Source of the DNA: Felis catus
Taxonomy: Eukaryota
Direction: 5' to 3'
Assembly: GCF_018350175.1 (NCBI RefSeq)
Contig: NC_058383.1
Location: 3,906,001 to 3,970,000 of the forward strand
DNA length: 64,000 nt
Of this stretch, positions 22,423 through 34,600 are shown in pieces. The notes below the pieces were generated by a model. The model was not told the DNA's origin and searched no databases. It saw only the letters and a list, made by a program, of their open reading frames with translations. How positions within the stretch are numbered: position 1 is the stretch's first letter; each line of letters begins with the position of its first letter. The position numbers and the translations under genes were made by a program.

Positions 22423-24062
22423 CTGAAACGCAAAGGCAAGACTTCAAGGGCGGGACACACCTCGGGCAAACCCCTCAGGGGGAAGAAACGAAAAGGTGGC
22501 CCGGCTCCAGGTGGCCGCTAGCCATCCTGGGCCCCCCCTGCCCCGGAGCCCTTCCTAACCTGCTGCCTGCCACCCGCCCGCCCCCCGCTGGGCACCCACG
22601 GTCCCCGCGGGAGGAGGGCTTCCGGGGCTGCCTCCAGGGCACACCGGACACCCCGGGAGGACTCCAGATGCGAGACGCCAGAGGCCAGACGGGGCCGAGC
22701 TGGGCACTGACGGTGGCTTACAGGCACAGCCACGTGCCGCCAGGCCCCGGCGTGACCTGTGCCGAGCCGTGCGCCAGCACCCTCCTCTGCGGCCCCGGCT
22801 TCGCGAGGGCCGACGACTTCTCACGAGACGGAACAGGGACAGGACTGTAGCCTCTCCCGGAACAGGATGCGACGCTGCCGTAAGAAAACCTCCCCAAGAG
22901 AAGACGCAGGAGTCTGTCTCCTAGAGCAACGTGCCCTACAGGAGTGCAGAACGGAGGACACCAACCTCAAGGAGGGGCCGGCGCCCGAAGGCACTCGCGA
23001 CATCCGGCCCGTGCTGGTGTGTGCCACGATGGGCCCCCGACGCTGGCCTGCGTGTGCGCGGGGCCCACCAGGCGTGCCCCCAACTTACCTTCCCCTCGTT
23101 CACAAGCTGAAAATCACAGCCGGGACGGACACTTAACACGACCGCGAAGTACACGGGTGCCAAGAAAACCCTCGCCTCTAAAGCTTCGCCGCCACCCTCT
23201 CCCCACCTGTTTCTCGAGGAAACTTTTCCCGGACCTCTAGGTGCAGAGTCGGCAGAGGACTCCTTCCTCTGAGCTGCCGCCCTCGTGCTGGAGCACACGC
23301 CCCGGGAAAGCCTCGCCCGGAACCCTCGTCTGGCCTCTCGTCAATTCCTATTGCTCGCACAGCGCGAGGCCCGGTTTGGCGTCGCTAAGACCTGAGTGCC
23401 GCCAGCCCCACCGCTGCACGGCGGGCACCCGGATGGAGCCGGGAGGGAGCCGGGCAAATCGGCACGAGCCAGAGAGCAGGAAGGGAGAGCCTACGGTGCG
23501 GTGCGGAGCAGACGAGGAACCTCGGAGGGCCACACCCCTCCGGCCGAGGGCTCCCGCAGAAGTGGTGGGACATGCGGGCCGGGGCCGGGTGGCTCATCTC
23601 CCTGCCTCCTCGGGGAAAGCTGCTCGCGGTACAGTCGAGGCTGTACGACACAACAGCTGTTGGCCAGGCAGCCACCGTCGTCTGGACAGGTGGGCAGACC
23701 TGTGTCGGAGACCCCAAAGGCACGGCAGGGCACGGCCCGAGACACACACGGAAGGAGGCAGACAAGCAGTACCGAGAGGCCCGGCACCGGGTGAACCCTC
23801 TCCCCCGCCGCTTCCTCCTGGAGCCCGGACATAGAATGCTCTGGAAACACAGCACAGAGGAAGCCTCTGCTTCCCCCAGAATCCAGGACGGCCCTGCGTG
23901 GTGGTCCCCACCACCCCGTTTCTCCAGCCTCATCACGCGAGCGCCCGTAGCCGCAGGAGCTCCCAGCCGACGCGGCTAACGTGCGAGAAGGCCGTCCGCC
24001 GCGACAACGCCCGGCGGGCGCTCGGTCAGCTCAGGGCGGCAGGGCTGCGGGGGGCGGCTCAC

Positions 24063-24295
24063 ATGCTGCTGGCTGTAGCCCTGCAGAAGCAGCAGGTGGG
24101 GCGACTCGTACAGGGAGTAGCGCATGGCGTCCGGGCCACGGTCCTCGGCGCCCTGGGCGGTGGCCGAGCTCAGGCTGGTCTCGCTGACGGTGCGGCGCAG
24201 CCGGGATGTGGGGGGGCTCTGGGCGGCGCCCGAAGCCAGGGCCGGGGTCCCCTTGGCGCGGCTCCGCTGCAGCCTCCGGGCTTGGGCGTTTATCC
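24063..24295 (-). CDS. RADIL: RADIL exon 3
   Basis: ttcag|GGATAAAC...CAGCAT|gtgagc; 233 nt, phase 1 to 0. (G)INAQARRLQRSRAKG...MRYSLYESPHLLLLQGYSQQH. Confidence 0.94.
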
Positions 24296-24618
24296 CTGAA
24301 ACGGAAGCAGCACGGTTAGGTAAACAGAGCCTCCGGGGCCTTCTGAAATGAGACCTCCTGGGTCCCCTTCTAACGCCGGTCAGTCGCTGTTTTGTCAACT
24401 GCTATAGAGGAGACCGCGAGACTCGTGAGGCCGGGGCACCTCCGAGGCTCCCCGAGAGGAGACGGGCCAGCCGTCCATGTCCAGAGACGCCCATGGGAAT
24501 CCAGTGACCCACCTGGACCAGCCACCCGGCAGTCCTCCCCTCAGGACGCCAAACCCACTGCCACCTTCACTTCCCCTGGGCCACTGAGGGGCTTGTCCCT
24601 AAAGCCCTGCCAGGCCAC

Positions 24619-24620
<2 letters not shown>

Positions 24621-24664
<44 letters not shown>
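24621..24664. repeat. (GT)22 microsatellite
   Basis: Perfect dinucleotide run. Confidence 0.95.
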
Positions 24665-24668
<4 letters not shown>

Positions 24669-24684
24669 ACAGCCAGGCTCCTGC

Positions 24685-25625
24685 GGGTGCGTGTGTATAG
24701 GGGGAATGCCTCTGTGTGTGTATGGGGGGGGGTAGGGCGCGTGCGTGCGGGGGAGTGAGGGCACATGTGTGCGGGGAGGGGGAGGGCGTGTGCGAGGGGG
24801 AGGGCGTGTGTGCATGTGTACAAGGGGGGGCGCGTGCGGGGCGGGGAGGGCGCGTGCAGGGCAGAAGGTGCGTGGGTGTTCGGGAGAGGAGGGTGCGTGT
24901 GCAGGAGCGGAGTGTGTGCGGGGGGGGGGGGAGTGCGCGTGCAGGGGACAGAGGGCACGTGCATGTGTGCGGGGAAAGGAGAGCTTGTGCGTGCGGTAGG
25001 AGTGGGAGCGTGCGTGGGGGGAGGGCGCGTGCGTGGGGGGAGGGCGCGTGCGTGGGGGGAGGGCGCGTGCGTGGGGGGAGGGCGCGTGCGTGGGGGGAGG
25101 AGGGCGTTGGGGGGGAGGGCTCGCGCGTGTGTGTACGGAGGGAGGGCGCGTGCGTGGGTGTGCGGGGGGAGAGGCGTGCATGTGTGAGGGGGACAAAACG
25201 CGTGCGTGCGGTAGGGGAAGGGCGCATGCAGGGGGTGAAGGCGCGTGCGTGCGGGGGGGGTGAGGGCGCATGCGTGTGGGGGGGAGGGCGCGTGCGTGTG
25301 CGTGGGGGGAGGGCCTTGGGGAGGGCTCGTGCGTGTGTGCGGGGGGGGGGGAGGGCGCGTGTGCGGGGGGGGGGAGGGTGTGTGCGCCTGTGTGTGGGGA
25401 GGGCGCATGCATGTGTGCAGGGCAGGGAGGGAGTGTGCGTGTGGGGGGGAGGGCGTGTGCGGGGGGGAGGGCGTGTGCGGGGGGGGGGGGAGGGCGCGTG
25501 CGTGTGTGCGGAGGGGGGAGGGAGCATGCGTGTGTGCGGAGGGGGGGAGGGCGCTGGGGGTGGTTGCGTGCGCGGGGGCTGCCTACGTGCGCGAGGGGAC
25601 GGTGCATGTGTACCGCAGTGTGTGC
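24685..25625. repeat. G-rich minisatellite, core unit about 19 bp (GCGTGCGTGGGGGGAGGGC)
   Basis: Four perfect 19-mers at 25008-25083, flanked by many degenerate units of variable length. Confidence 0.9.
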
Positions 25626-26821
25626 TGTGATTAGATGAGACAAGAAATATTCACAGCCTCCCCCCCCTCCCCCCCCCCGTTTACAAGGAGGAAGCAGTCC
25701 GTGTGCCCTCGACCTCCAGTCCCCTGAGCTGGCTGGTCTCTGTGTAGAGCAGCATGGCTGCTCCTTTCCGAGGCTACCCCCGCCCCCGACACGGCCAGGT
25801 CCGAAAGCACACACATGCACACAAACACGCGTGCAAACACACGCACGTGCCCACACACTCACTCGTGCACCTGCGCCCCCTCCGCCACCAAAGACTCTTC
25901 TACACACAGGAGGCACTCCGCCACCAACGCTGCTGGAAAGCTGAGAAGCCAACTGGAGCCCAGGAGGCCAGTGAGCAGAGCTGACCCCGGCGCTTTCTTT
26001 CTGAGCCCTCTCCCGACTCCCCCCCCCACACACACACACACAGCCCACCCGCCCCCACTTGGAGCCTGCCTTCCTACAACCGTTCCAGGCACACCAGACG
26101 GAGCAGCCCGAGGAAGTGAGGCAGGCCGGCTGGAGCGAGGGTGCCGCCTTACCCGAGAGCAGCCCTTCCAGGACGAAGCCTGCTTCTCTGCAGCCCGCAA
26201 GAGGCCGGGTCTGCGGGAGGCCAGGCTGGCGGTGCAGCCGGCGCCGCAGTGCGAGGCTGTCCGCCCGGCGCCCGCTGCTCCTCCGTGCCTGCTGCGGAGC
26301 CAGCGACTGGCAGGCAAGAGCGGTCGGGCAGAGGGGGAGGTGGGGCGGGGGAGCGGGGGAGCAGCGGGGCAGGGGGCAGGGGGGATGAGGAGAGCAGGCC
26401 AGAGGAGACAGGGCAGAGGGGGAGGGGGGCAAGGGGGAACAGGCGGGGGGGGGGGGGGGGGGGAGGAAGGGGGGGTGGAGGAAGGGTGGGGAGCCAGGGG
26501 GGTACGAGAGGCAGAAGGACCTGGGGGCCAGGAGGGGCAGGGAGCACAGAGGCGGGGGGCTGGTGGGCACCGGTGGAAGCCAGCTCCTCCCCCCACCTGC
26601 CCTGCCCCCCTGCTGCTCTTAGCACCACAGACCCCAGGGCTTGTGGCAGCACTCGCACAACCACGGGCCACACTCGGAAGGAGAAACGTTTAAAAACCAA
26701 TCCAAAATGATGTAGCCGCCAAGCTTTTCCTCCATCCAGGATGGAGCCATAGCACAAGACTCGCCTCACCACACCCCAGTGCCCAGGGCCGGCTTCTCTG
26801 GCCTCGCTGCAGAAGGTAGCG

Positions 26822-26969
26822 GTTCCTGCTACAGTGCAACTGAGCTCAGTGGGGCCAGAGGTTCTGGCCTGATTCCAGAGGTCTGAGGGACACCCAGGAG
26901 TCTGTACTTCGTAAAAGCGCCCACAAGGTTCTGGACCACTGCTGCCAAGGCAGTCCCCCTCCACTGTCC
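26822..26969 (+). repeat. Dispersed direct repeat, copy 1 (about 148 bp, includes a MER5-like segment)
   Basis: Near-identical to 28855-29001 (about 7 differences by eye). Confidence 0.9.
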
Positions 26970-27419
26970 GCCTACACACAGACCCTCCTGGGGAGTTTCA
27001 AATACTGCAGCGTGGTCTGGCCTCCGGGTCTCTTCACTGGGTCCGGGGGCGGCCACAGGAGTGTTGAAGGGTGGGGGCTGAGGAACGCTGGCTCGGAGTC
27101 TGTCAGGGGTGAAGCGCCCCTGGCCAGGAGGACCCTCGCACCTGCACGGACACGACCCCGACACGACCCCACACACGCCGTGCTCACAGCAAGACCAGGA
27201 GAACCCTCGCACGTGCATCGACATCTGTGCAAGGACGGCCACTGGACAGGCCACACGACCTCCGTGGGAGCTATGTGTTCACAGGACGAAGGTGCCACGG
27301 GGGAAAAGTGGGAGCCAAGTATGCACCCGAGGTGGGTGGAAAAAGCAGACTGGAGTTTAACACTTGAGGTATGAGGCCATTTCTTTACACACTTAAAAAG
27401 CACATAAAACATCATTGAA

Positions 27420-27599
27420 GGGACACCTGAGCAGCTAGGTCCACTGAGCGCCCAACTTCGGTTTAGGTCACGATGTCTGGGTTCATAAGACTGAGCCCCA
27501 CAACCAGCTCTGCGAGAACAGACTGGAGCCTGCTTGGGATTCTCCCTCTTCCTCTCTCTGCTCCCCACTTGCTGTCTCAAAATAAACTTCAGAAAAAAA
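27420..27599 (+). mobile_element. Older, diverged Can-SINE
   Basis: gggacacctgagcagctagg...ggagcctgcttgggattctccctc...ctcaaaataaactt. Confidence 0.8.
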
Positions 27600-27608
27600 T
27601 GGGGGGTG

Positions 27609-27833
27609 GGGGCGCCTGGGTGGCTCAGTCACTTAAGCATCTGACTTCGGCTCAGGTCATGATCTCACGATTTCGGAGTTCAAGCCCTGCGTCGGGCTCT
27701 GTGCTGACAGCTCAGAGCCTGGAACCTACTTCGGGTTCTGTGCCTCCCTCTCTCTCTGCCCCTTCCCGACTCCTGCTGTGTCTCTCTCTCTCTCTCAAAA
27801 ATAAATAAACGTTAAAAAAAATTTTTTTTAAAG
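27609..27833 (+). mobile_element. Can-SINE (SINEC_Fc type), inserted at the tail of the previous SINE
   Basis: Full head, ctgtgctgacagctcagagcctgg body, (CT)n and A tail. Confidence 0.92.
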
Positions 27834-28854
27834 AAAAGACCCACAGTCAAGTCGAGAAATGGCTGTCATAGGTGGGGACGGAATGAGCCTGGGGATATAT
27901 ATAATACAAAGAACATAATGGCTCAGAGTGTATTTTTATATGTAACTTTGTATATATGCCGTGTCTTTTATATAAGAAAACTCCAAGTCAACATGAATAA
28001 ATTGTACGTCAATTCTGGGCGTCAGTTACATCATTCTTTATACTTTTAAAATCATAAACACCTTGCAGGCACCCCCACCACCACCAGGCACGTGACCACG
28101 GCCCCCCTGTGGCCCTAGGTGCAGTTCCAGGCTTGGCCCCATCCTCACGAGGCCGCTAGAGGTGAAGCCCAGCACCGTCCCCAGCGAGAGGCTCCGAGGA
28201 GGCCTGTGGCTCCCAGAGTGCTCACAAGGACAGTCACCTTCCCCTGCTGCCAGCTGATTTTAGTTCAGCTTTGCCATCATCAGATCCAGGCATCTGAGCA
28301 CTATGCAAAACCGGGACAGATCTGCCCAACTTGGAAAGAAGGCCCTCACTTCTGGGTGGAGGGTGACAGGTGGCACACAGCTGGGCAGAGTCCTTGCAAA
28401 CATACCCCAGAAACCTTCAAAGGCACGCGTGGCGTGGATCTGGCCTGCACAGCGTGGGCGTTTGCAGGATCAGGGGCCCGGGCCAGGTGTGATGTGGCCG
28501 AGAAGCAGAGAGGAAGGAGCCTGCGGTGCAGAGGCCGGCCGGGTCTGCAGCCTGATGGGGGGTGGGGTGGGGGTGGGGGATGGCTGGGGTCTCTGCCACC
28601 AGCAAGGCCATCCCAGCAGCCCCACCACCCCCAGGCGGGGATTTCACTCAACAGAGGAGATCTAATGAAATAGATGGGCAATGGGGTGCACGCCCGTCAC
28701 AGCACGGTACTCTAGGTGGAAGCTATTCATCCCACAAGAGTGCCAGGCCTTGCCCACGGGTGAAGGAGATGCCCTTCAAGGCTGGCGGGCCAGAAAAGAC
28801 CCCGTCTGCCACCACACTCCCCCCACGATGGGTCGGGTGTGCCGATCCACACTT

Positions 28855-29001
28855 GTTCCTGCTACGGTGCAACTGAGCTCAGTGGGGCCAGAGGTTCTGG
28901 CCTGATTCCAGAGGTCTGTGGGACACCCAGGAGTCTGTACTTTGTAAAAGCGCCCAGAAGGTTCTGGCCACTGCTGCCAAGGCACTCCCCCTCCACCGTC
29001 C
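28855..29001 (+). repeat. Dispersed direct repeat, copy 2
   Basis: gttcctgctac(a/g)gtgcaactgagctcagtggggccagaggttctggcctgattccagagg... shared with 26822-26969. Confidence 0.9.
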
Positions 29002-30659
29002 CCAGACAAAGCCCCTGGTGCAGAAATGCGCCGAGCACTTGCTAAACTTACTTGAGTACCTACCCATTTAACTTGAGTTTTGGATTTCTAATTCTTTTCT
29101 CTAGGTAAGTGTTTGTCAGCTCCCAGAAAGGTGGCAGATACGGGGCTCCCTGTTCCACCCTTACATAGCTGCTCTGGTGAAAAAGCAGAAACACGGCCCA
29201 AGAGAAGTGGAAGCCGGGGTCTGGGTAACCCGCCTGCGGAGGCCTCCTGTACCTCTGCCGGACACACGCAGGACCACCTTGCCCCGCCCCCCTCCCCAGG
29301 ACACACGCGGGAACCATGGTGCCTCCCAACACTTGTTAATGCACACAGGCACCAGACTCAGAAGCCAAGCGATTACTTTCCTCATTTTAAGAGGATAAAT
29401 CAACTCAAGGACATTCTGAAACGACCGGAATCACAAGTCAATCGCAGGCCCTGATGGGACACACAGAGTCCCCTGTGCGTCTCCTGCACCCTTTGCTCTG
29501 ACCCGGGAACCGGGAAGGGGCTCCTAACCTGCAGGAGGTGTGGCCGTGATAGGGACAGTGAGAGAAGGCAGAGATCGGCCACAGTGGACGCGGTGACAGA
29601 AAGGAGCTCGGCGCGTCCCTTTCCTGGCCGCTGGCCCTAGCTAGCTCCCTCGCCTGCCCAGAACTAAACCCACAAGCAGGTGGCTCTGCAGTACAGGAAT
29701 CCGTGGTTTCCTTATCCCCTGGATCAGACGTTCCTGGGTGAGGCAGCCATCTGGGCAGGGGAAGAAGGGGTATGGGGTACACCCTGGGCCACAAACTCTT
29801 TTAAATGCAGCCCCTCTTCCCTCCACATCGGGTTGGTGCAGACGTCCCCTCTGCTGGTGGAGAGGGCAGGACTCTGTGCATACCAGGGGTGGCAAAATTA
29901 ATTTTGAAAACAGTTGGTAGCTGTCACCGGAGCTCCGGTCATGGGCTGGATGCTGGCTCCAGGACAGCACTGGAAAGAAAAACACAGCTCTTTCCTGAAC
30001 GTCACTAAGTTTAGGACAACAAATTTAACCTGTAGCTTTTTACCTCAGAATCCTGTTTGCTCTTCCCTCCGGGATTCAGAGTTTGAAACAATACGTACAA
30101 CTTGGAAAATCTGTGTTGCCTACACCCTCCGCACGTGTGCAGGGCTGGTGGTCTCTCAGATGTGGTTTTGATTGATGACTAAAGACTGATGGGGCAACGG
30201 ATGGTCCTGCGTGAGGGAATTTTATTAGAATTGGGGGAATTTGACTACTTTTAAGTGATCTCTAGTAAGTTGGGCATACACTGCTGAATACACTCTCCAG
30301 TAGCTGCTGCAAAATGCAGAGGGACACCTGCCTCGAGCAAGTCCGTTTTAACTGCAACACCCTTTTCTACTTTAGCAAAGACACAGAATGGAGTGCTCTG
30401 AGTTACCAAGCAATCCTTGAAGTTAACGTGAACTTTTTTGTATTCGAAATGCACAAAAAGGAACTACTTACAGATAATTTGGTGAGCACCTGTCTACTGC
30501 CTGGCCAGCCTTACTCTGGGCATTTTGCATTTAATTCCACTTCATTTTCACATCAAACCCTATAAAGGGACTGCGGGTGGATGGGAATATGTTAGCCTAG
30601 CTTTACAGGACCAGTCTGACTACTGGCGAAGAAAATTCAAAACCAAGTCTATATGGAGC

Positions 30660-31017
30660 ATCACCCCCTTGGGAATAAGACGGGGATGCTTGCTATGACC
30701 ACCTCCATTCAACGTTGCACTGGAGGTCCTGGCCAGTACAATTAAGGCAAGAAAAACAAATGAAAGTCTAAGAATTGAAAAGAAAGAAATTATAATTATT
30801 TTGCAGACAATTTGACTGTGTTTATAGAGATCTCAAAAGAGGGGCACCTGGATGGCTCAGTCGGTTAAGTGTCCGACTTTGGCTCAGGTCATGATCTTGC
30901 AGTTCGTGAGTTCAAGCCCTGCACTGGGCTCTGTGCTATCAGCTCAGAGCCTGGAGCCTGCTTCAGATTCTGTGTCTCCCTCTCTCCCTGCCCCTTCCCA
31001 ACTCATACTCTGTGTGG

Positions 31018-31055
<38 letters not shown>

Positions 31056-31850
31056 ACTAAATAAACATTAAATAAATAAAAGACACTGCAAAACAATCTA
31101 TGAACAAGCAATCAGAACTAACTAGTGAATTTAGCAAGGTGACTAGACATGGCAAGTGTGCACATTCACCATTTTCGTGTGGGAGAAACAGTGAGAAAAG
31201 GGTAAAAATAATGGTGCCATTTATAATCGTGTCAAGAAACACGAAACAGCTAAGGAACAAGTCTACCCAAGATGTGCAGGACCCCAACGCTGATAACTAC
31301 AAAACGCCATGGACAGAAATTAAAGACCTAACGAATAGAAGGATACACCAGGTTGATGGATTGTAAAGGTATCCGTCCTCTCTAAACTGATGTATAAACT
31401 CAATGCGATCCCACATTGGAAGGGTCTCAGCAGATGTGTGTGTACAAATTGATAAGTGTATATGGCAATGCAAAGGGTATAAGGTAACCTTGAAGATCAA
31501 TTGTGATGCTGGAAGACTCGAACTATCAGATAACAGCCTATCCTAAGCTACAGTAACTGAGAGAATGTGGTGGTGCTATAAGGACAGTAGACCATTGGAA
31601 CAGAAACGAGAGTCCTGGAACCGAATCTCACATACGCAGAAAGGATGGTCTTCTCAGTAAATGATACCGGGTCAAATGCATCTCCATATGGAAAAAAAAA
31701 AAAAAAAATCATGACCCCTACCTCACGCCATTCACAATAATTAACTCCAGATGGACTATAGATCTAGCCGTGGAGATAAAACAATAAAGAATTTAAAAGA
31801 AAACACAGGAACAGATCTTCATGGCCTCGGGCACACAGAGATTTCTTACG
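30660..31850 (+). mobile_element. Decayed L1 ORF2 fragment, interrupted by a SINE
   Basis: ggaataagacggggatgc...attcaacgttgcactggaggtcctggccagtacaattaaggcaagaaaa...gtgaatttagcaaggt...ccctacctcacgccattcacaataattaactccagatgg. Confidence 0.75.
30841..31080 (+). mobile_element. Can-SINE (SINEC_Fc type)
   Basis: ggggcacctggatggctcagtcggttaag head, (CT)n and TAAA tail. Confidence 0.92.
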
Positions 31851-32699
31851 TGGGGGGAAGGTGCTGCTCACAAAGGGAAGACCTCCCACAGATGCTTCTG
31901 GGTGCACTGCAGAGGTTACTGACACTGACAAGTGCAACTCTTCAAGTGTGATACTTGCACTGGTCAGAGAACAAGGAAGTGTCTAGAGGGACCCTAAAAT
32001 AATTTGACTCTTGCATACACGTGGTCAACCTAACAATTAGGTCTAAAATTTAACTGTGTGGTTTGCTGAATAACAGTGAAAACTGAATTCACAGCCTCAG
32101 CAAGTTCCCCAGGTGAAAGTTTGGGAAAAACTTGCCCTGATGGGGAAAGAGCAGGACCCTAAACCCTGGAACAGTGCCATCAGGATGGGCTCCGACAAAG
32201 CCGTGCCACTTGAACCCCTGATCCAAGCTGAGCCTTACCTGCCAAGAGGAGCAGCCTGTCCTGCTGTGTCTGAAGGGACTCGCTTTCCCCGGCTCTAAGA
32301 ACCTACGAGCTTCACCTGGGGGCCTCTTTCCCTGAACCCCTACCCTGGTGACCCCGCAGGGCACTACTGAGCCCACGGGTGCCAAATTTGAGTGGCAACC
32401 AGAGCAAGAGTAAGATGGGCAGCAAGTCTGGGCTGCGGGCACGCTGCTCCGGCCCCGGGGAGCCGAGACCCCCGGAGAGCTGCGCCAACGGGCCCGGGGC
32501 CAGCCTCAGCGGTTTGGAGCGCACCTTCCCCTTTCCTTTAGAAACATCTCCTGACCCGTCACTGGGGCCCGGTGGGAACTGGAGGTGACATCACAGGACG
32601 GCGCAGCCTGAGTTCCCGTCACCCACGGGTGTGGTTTCTGCTTCCCTGACTGGGAACTTCTCTTCAAAACGTGTGAAGGCCAATTGCAGCATAGGAGGG

Positions 32700-34600
32700 G
32701 ATATTTGTGGTACAGCCCTCAGGAAAAGGGCCCGTCCCCAAAATCACTAGGAACGGGGCAGACGACCCAGCAGAGAAGCACGCGAGGGCTTTGAACAGAT
32801 GCCGCAAAGAACGTCCGAAATGGTGTTTAAACATACGAGAACGTGATTCGCCTCACTCATCATCAGATACGCAAACTAAAACCACAAATAACTGCTACAC
32901 AACCGTCAGAAGAGCCACAGTGAAAAGACAGGCAGCACCAAGTGTGAGAGCGAAAACGGAAGTCACAACTCTTACACACTGGTGGTGGGCGTGTCAACAG
33001 GCACACGCACTTAGGGGAGAAACGGTTAGCAGGATCTGCTACACGAGCACATACGCACACTCACTGGCCCATCGACTGTACCCCCCAGTTGTGCGCTTGA
33101 CAGAAATGCACGCGTCACCACAAGACAGACCCAAGTACGTTCACGGCAGCGTGATTCCTACTGAGCCCCAACTGGAACCCACCCAAGTGTCCGTCAAAAA
33201 CTGAATGGAGGGGCGCCTGGGTGGCGCAGTCGGTTAAGCGTCCGACTTCAGCCAGGTCACGATCTCGCGGTCTGTGAGTTCGGGCCCCGCGTCGGGCTCT
33301 GGGCTGATGGCTCAGAGCCTGGAGCCTGTTTCCGATTCTGTGTCTCCCTCTCTCTCTGCCCCTCCCCCGTTCATGCTCTGTCTCTCTCTGTCCCAAAAAT
33401 AAATAAACATTGAAAAAAAAAAAAACTGAATGGAGACACAAGTTGGAGTGTATTCATGTGACTACACAATAGCATACAGCAATGATCATGAACTCTTCCA
33501 TAACCAACAAGATCAGGGAATCTTTCAAAGGTGATATTAAGGCCAAGCACAAGAAGGTAGATATTACAGGATTCCATTTGTAGGAAATACAAAAAGAAGA
33601 AAAGCCCAACTTTGGTGTTAGGAGTCAAGACAGTTGGGTCGGTGCCTCACGGTCGGGAGGGACCAGGAGGGAGCCCTGCTAGAGTCCCAGGAGCGCCCCG
33701 TGTCCTGACCTGGGTGCCTGCTGCACGGTCCACTCACTTTTTGAAGATTCACTGAGCTGCACACTTACAATCTGTGCACTTTTCTGTCTGTGTGCTCTAT
33801 TTCAATGACAAGTGTCCTTCCAAGAAAAGGAGCCCAGATGTTGAGATTATCATACACAAAATATACAACCACGCCTGCCCTGTGTAAAAACGTAAAACAC
33901 ACCTTGAAATATGTGGAGAGAACAGTAAATTATAAACAGTGACGCCAGATTTCAAAAAGAACAAACTGCAAGTTCTAGAAATGAAAAATTCAGTAACAGA
34001 AACTATCGCTTCCATGTAATGTATCAGACACACGAAACATATCAGAAAGGAGAACCGATGAACCCAAAGACCAGTCGGAAAAAATTACCCAGGAAGTGGT
34101 GCAAAGAGACAAGAAAGAGAAAATATATGAAAGGGGCTAAGAGACAGAGTGAGAAGGTCTGACGGGTTTAAAGACAGCTCCAGGAAGAGAGGTGTAAGAA
34201 TGGCGCAAAGGCAACATCTGACAAGAAAAGAGCTGAGAATTTTCTAGGACTGACTGAAGAATCCAGTTCACAGATTCGTGACGTCCAATAAAAGAATGAA
34301 GAAAGACATCACAAGAAAACACATGAAAGTCTCCAACAAGACACAGGCAAACCAAATCCAGCAAGACAGGAAAAGGATGATACACCAAGAGCACGTGGGA
34401 TTTATCCCAGGAACACAAGGTTGATTTCACCTACGTTAATCAATCACTGTAATACAGCAAATCAGTAGAATAAGACACCAAACCACACGAGCATCTCAGC
34501 GGACACAGTAGAGAGCTCAGGACGCGTGCGAGAGCTGAGGAAGGGTCTCAGGGAATCCTTTTCCCAAAGACCAACGATACTCCAAACAGGTGAAATGAAA
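32700..34600 (+). mobile_element. Decayed L1ME-like fragments (3' end, then ORF1/ORF2-like pieces)
   Basis: cctcactcatcatcagatacgcaaactaaaaccac...tcactgagctgcacacttacaatctgtgcacttttctg...ctagaaatgaaaaattcagtaacagaa. Confidence 0.6.
33210..33420 (+). mobile_element. Young felid SINE (SINEC_Fc1-like)
   Basis: CpG-retaining gggtggcgcagtcggttaagcgtccgacttcagccaggtcacgatctcgcgg. Perfect TSD aaaaactgaatgga at 33196-33209 and 33421-33434. Confidence 0.95.

Noticed and set aside
25008..25100. Regularly spaced repeats as a CRISPR-like array
   Set aside because: Head-to-tail units with no unique spacers, in a mammalian intron; an ordinary minisatellite.
24541..26570. Long ORFs of 270-667 aa on both strands
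   Set aside because: They translate the G-rich minisatellite and adjacent low-complexity DNA (PPTHAR/GGRV repeats). The lack of stops reflects base composition.
33210..33290. tRNA-like A/B boxes at the heads of many elements
   Set aside because: These are tRNA-derived Can-SINE heads, not tRNA genes.
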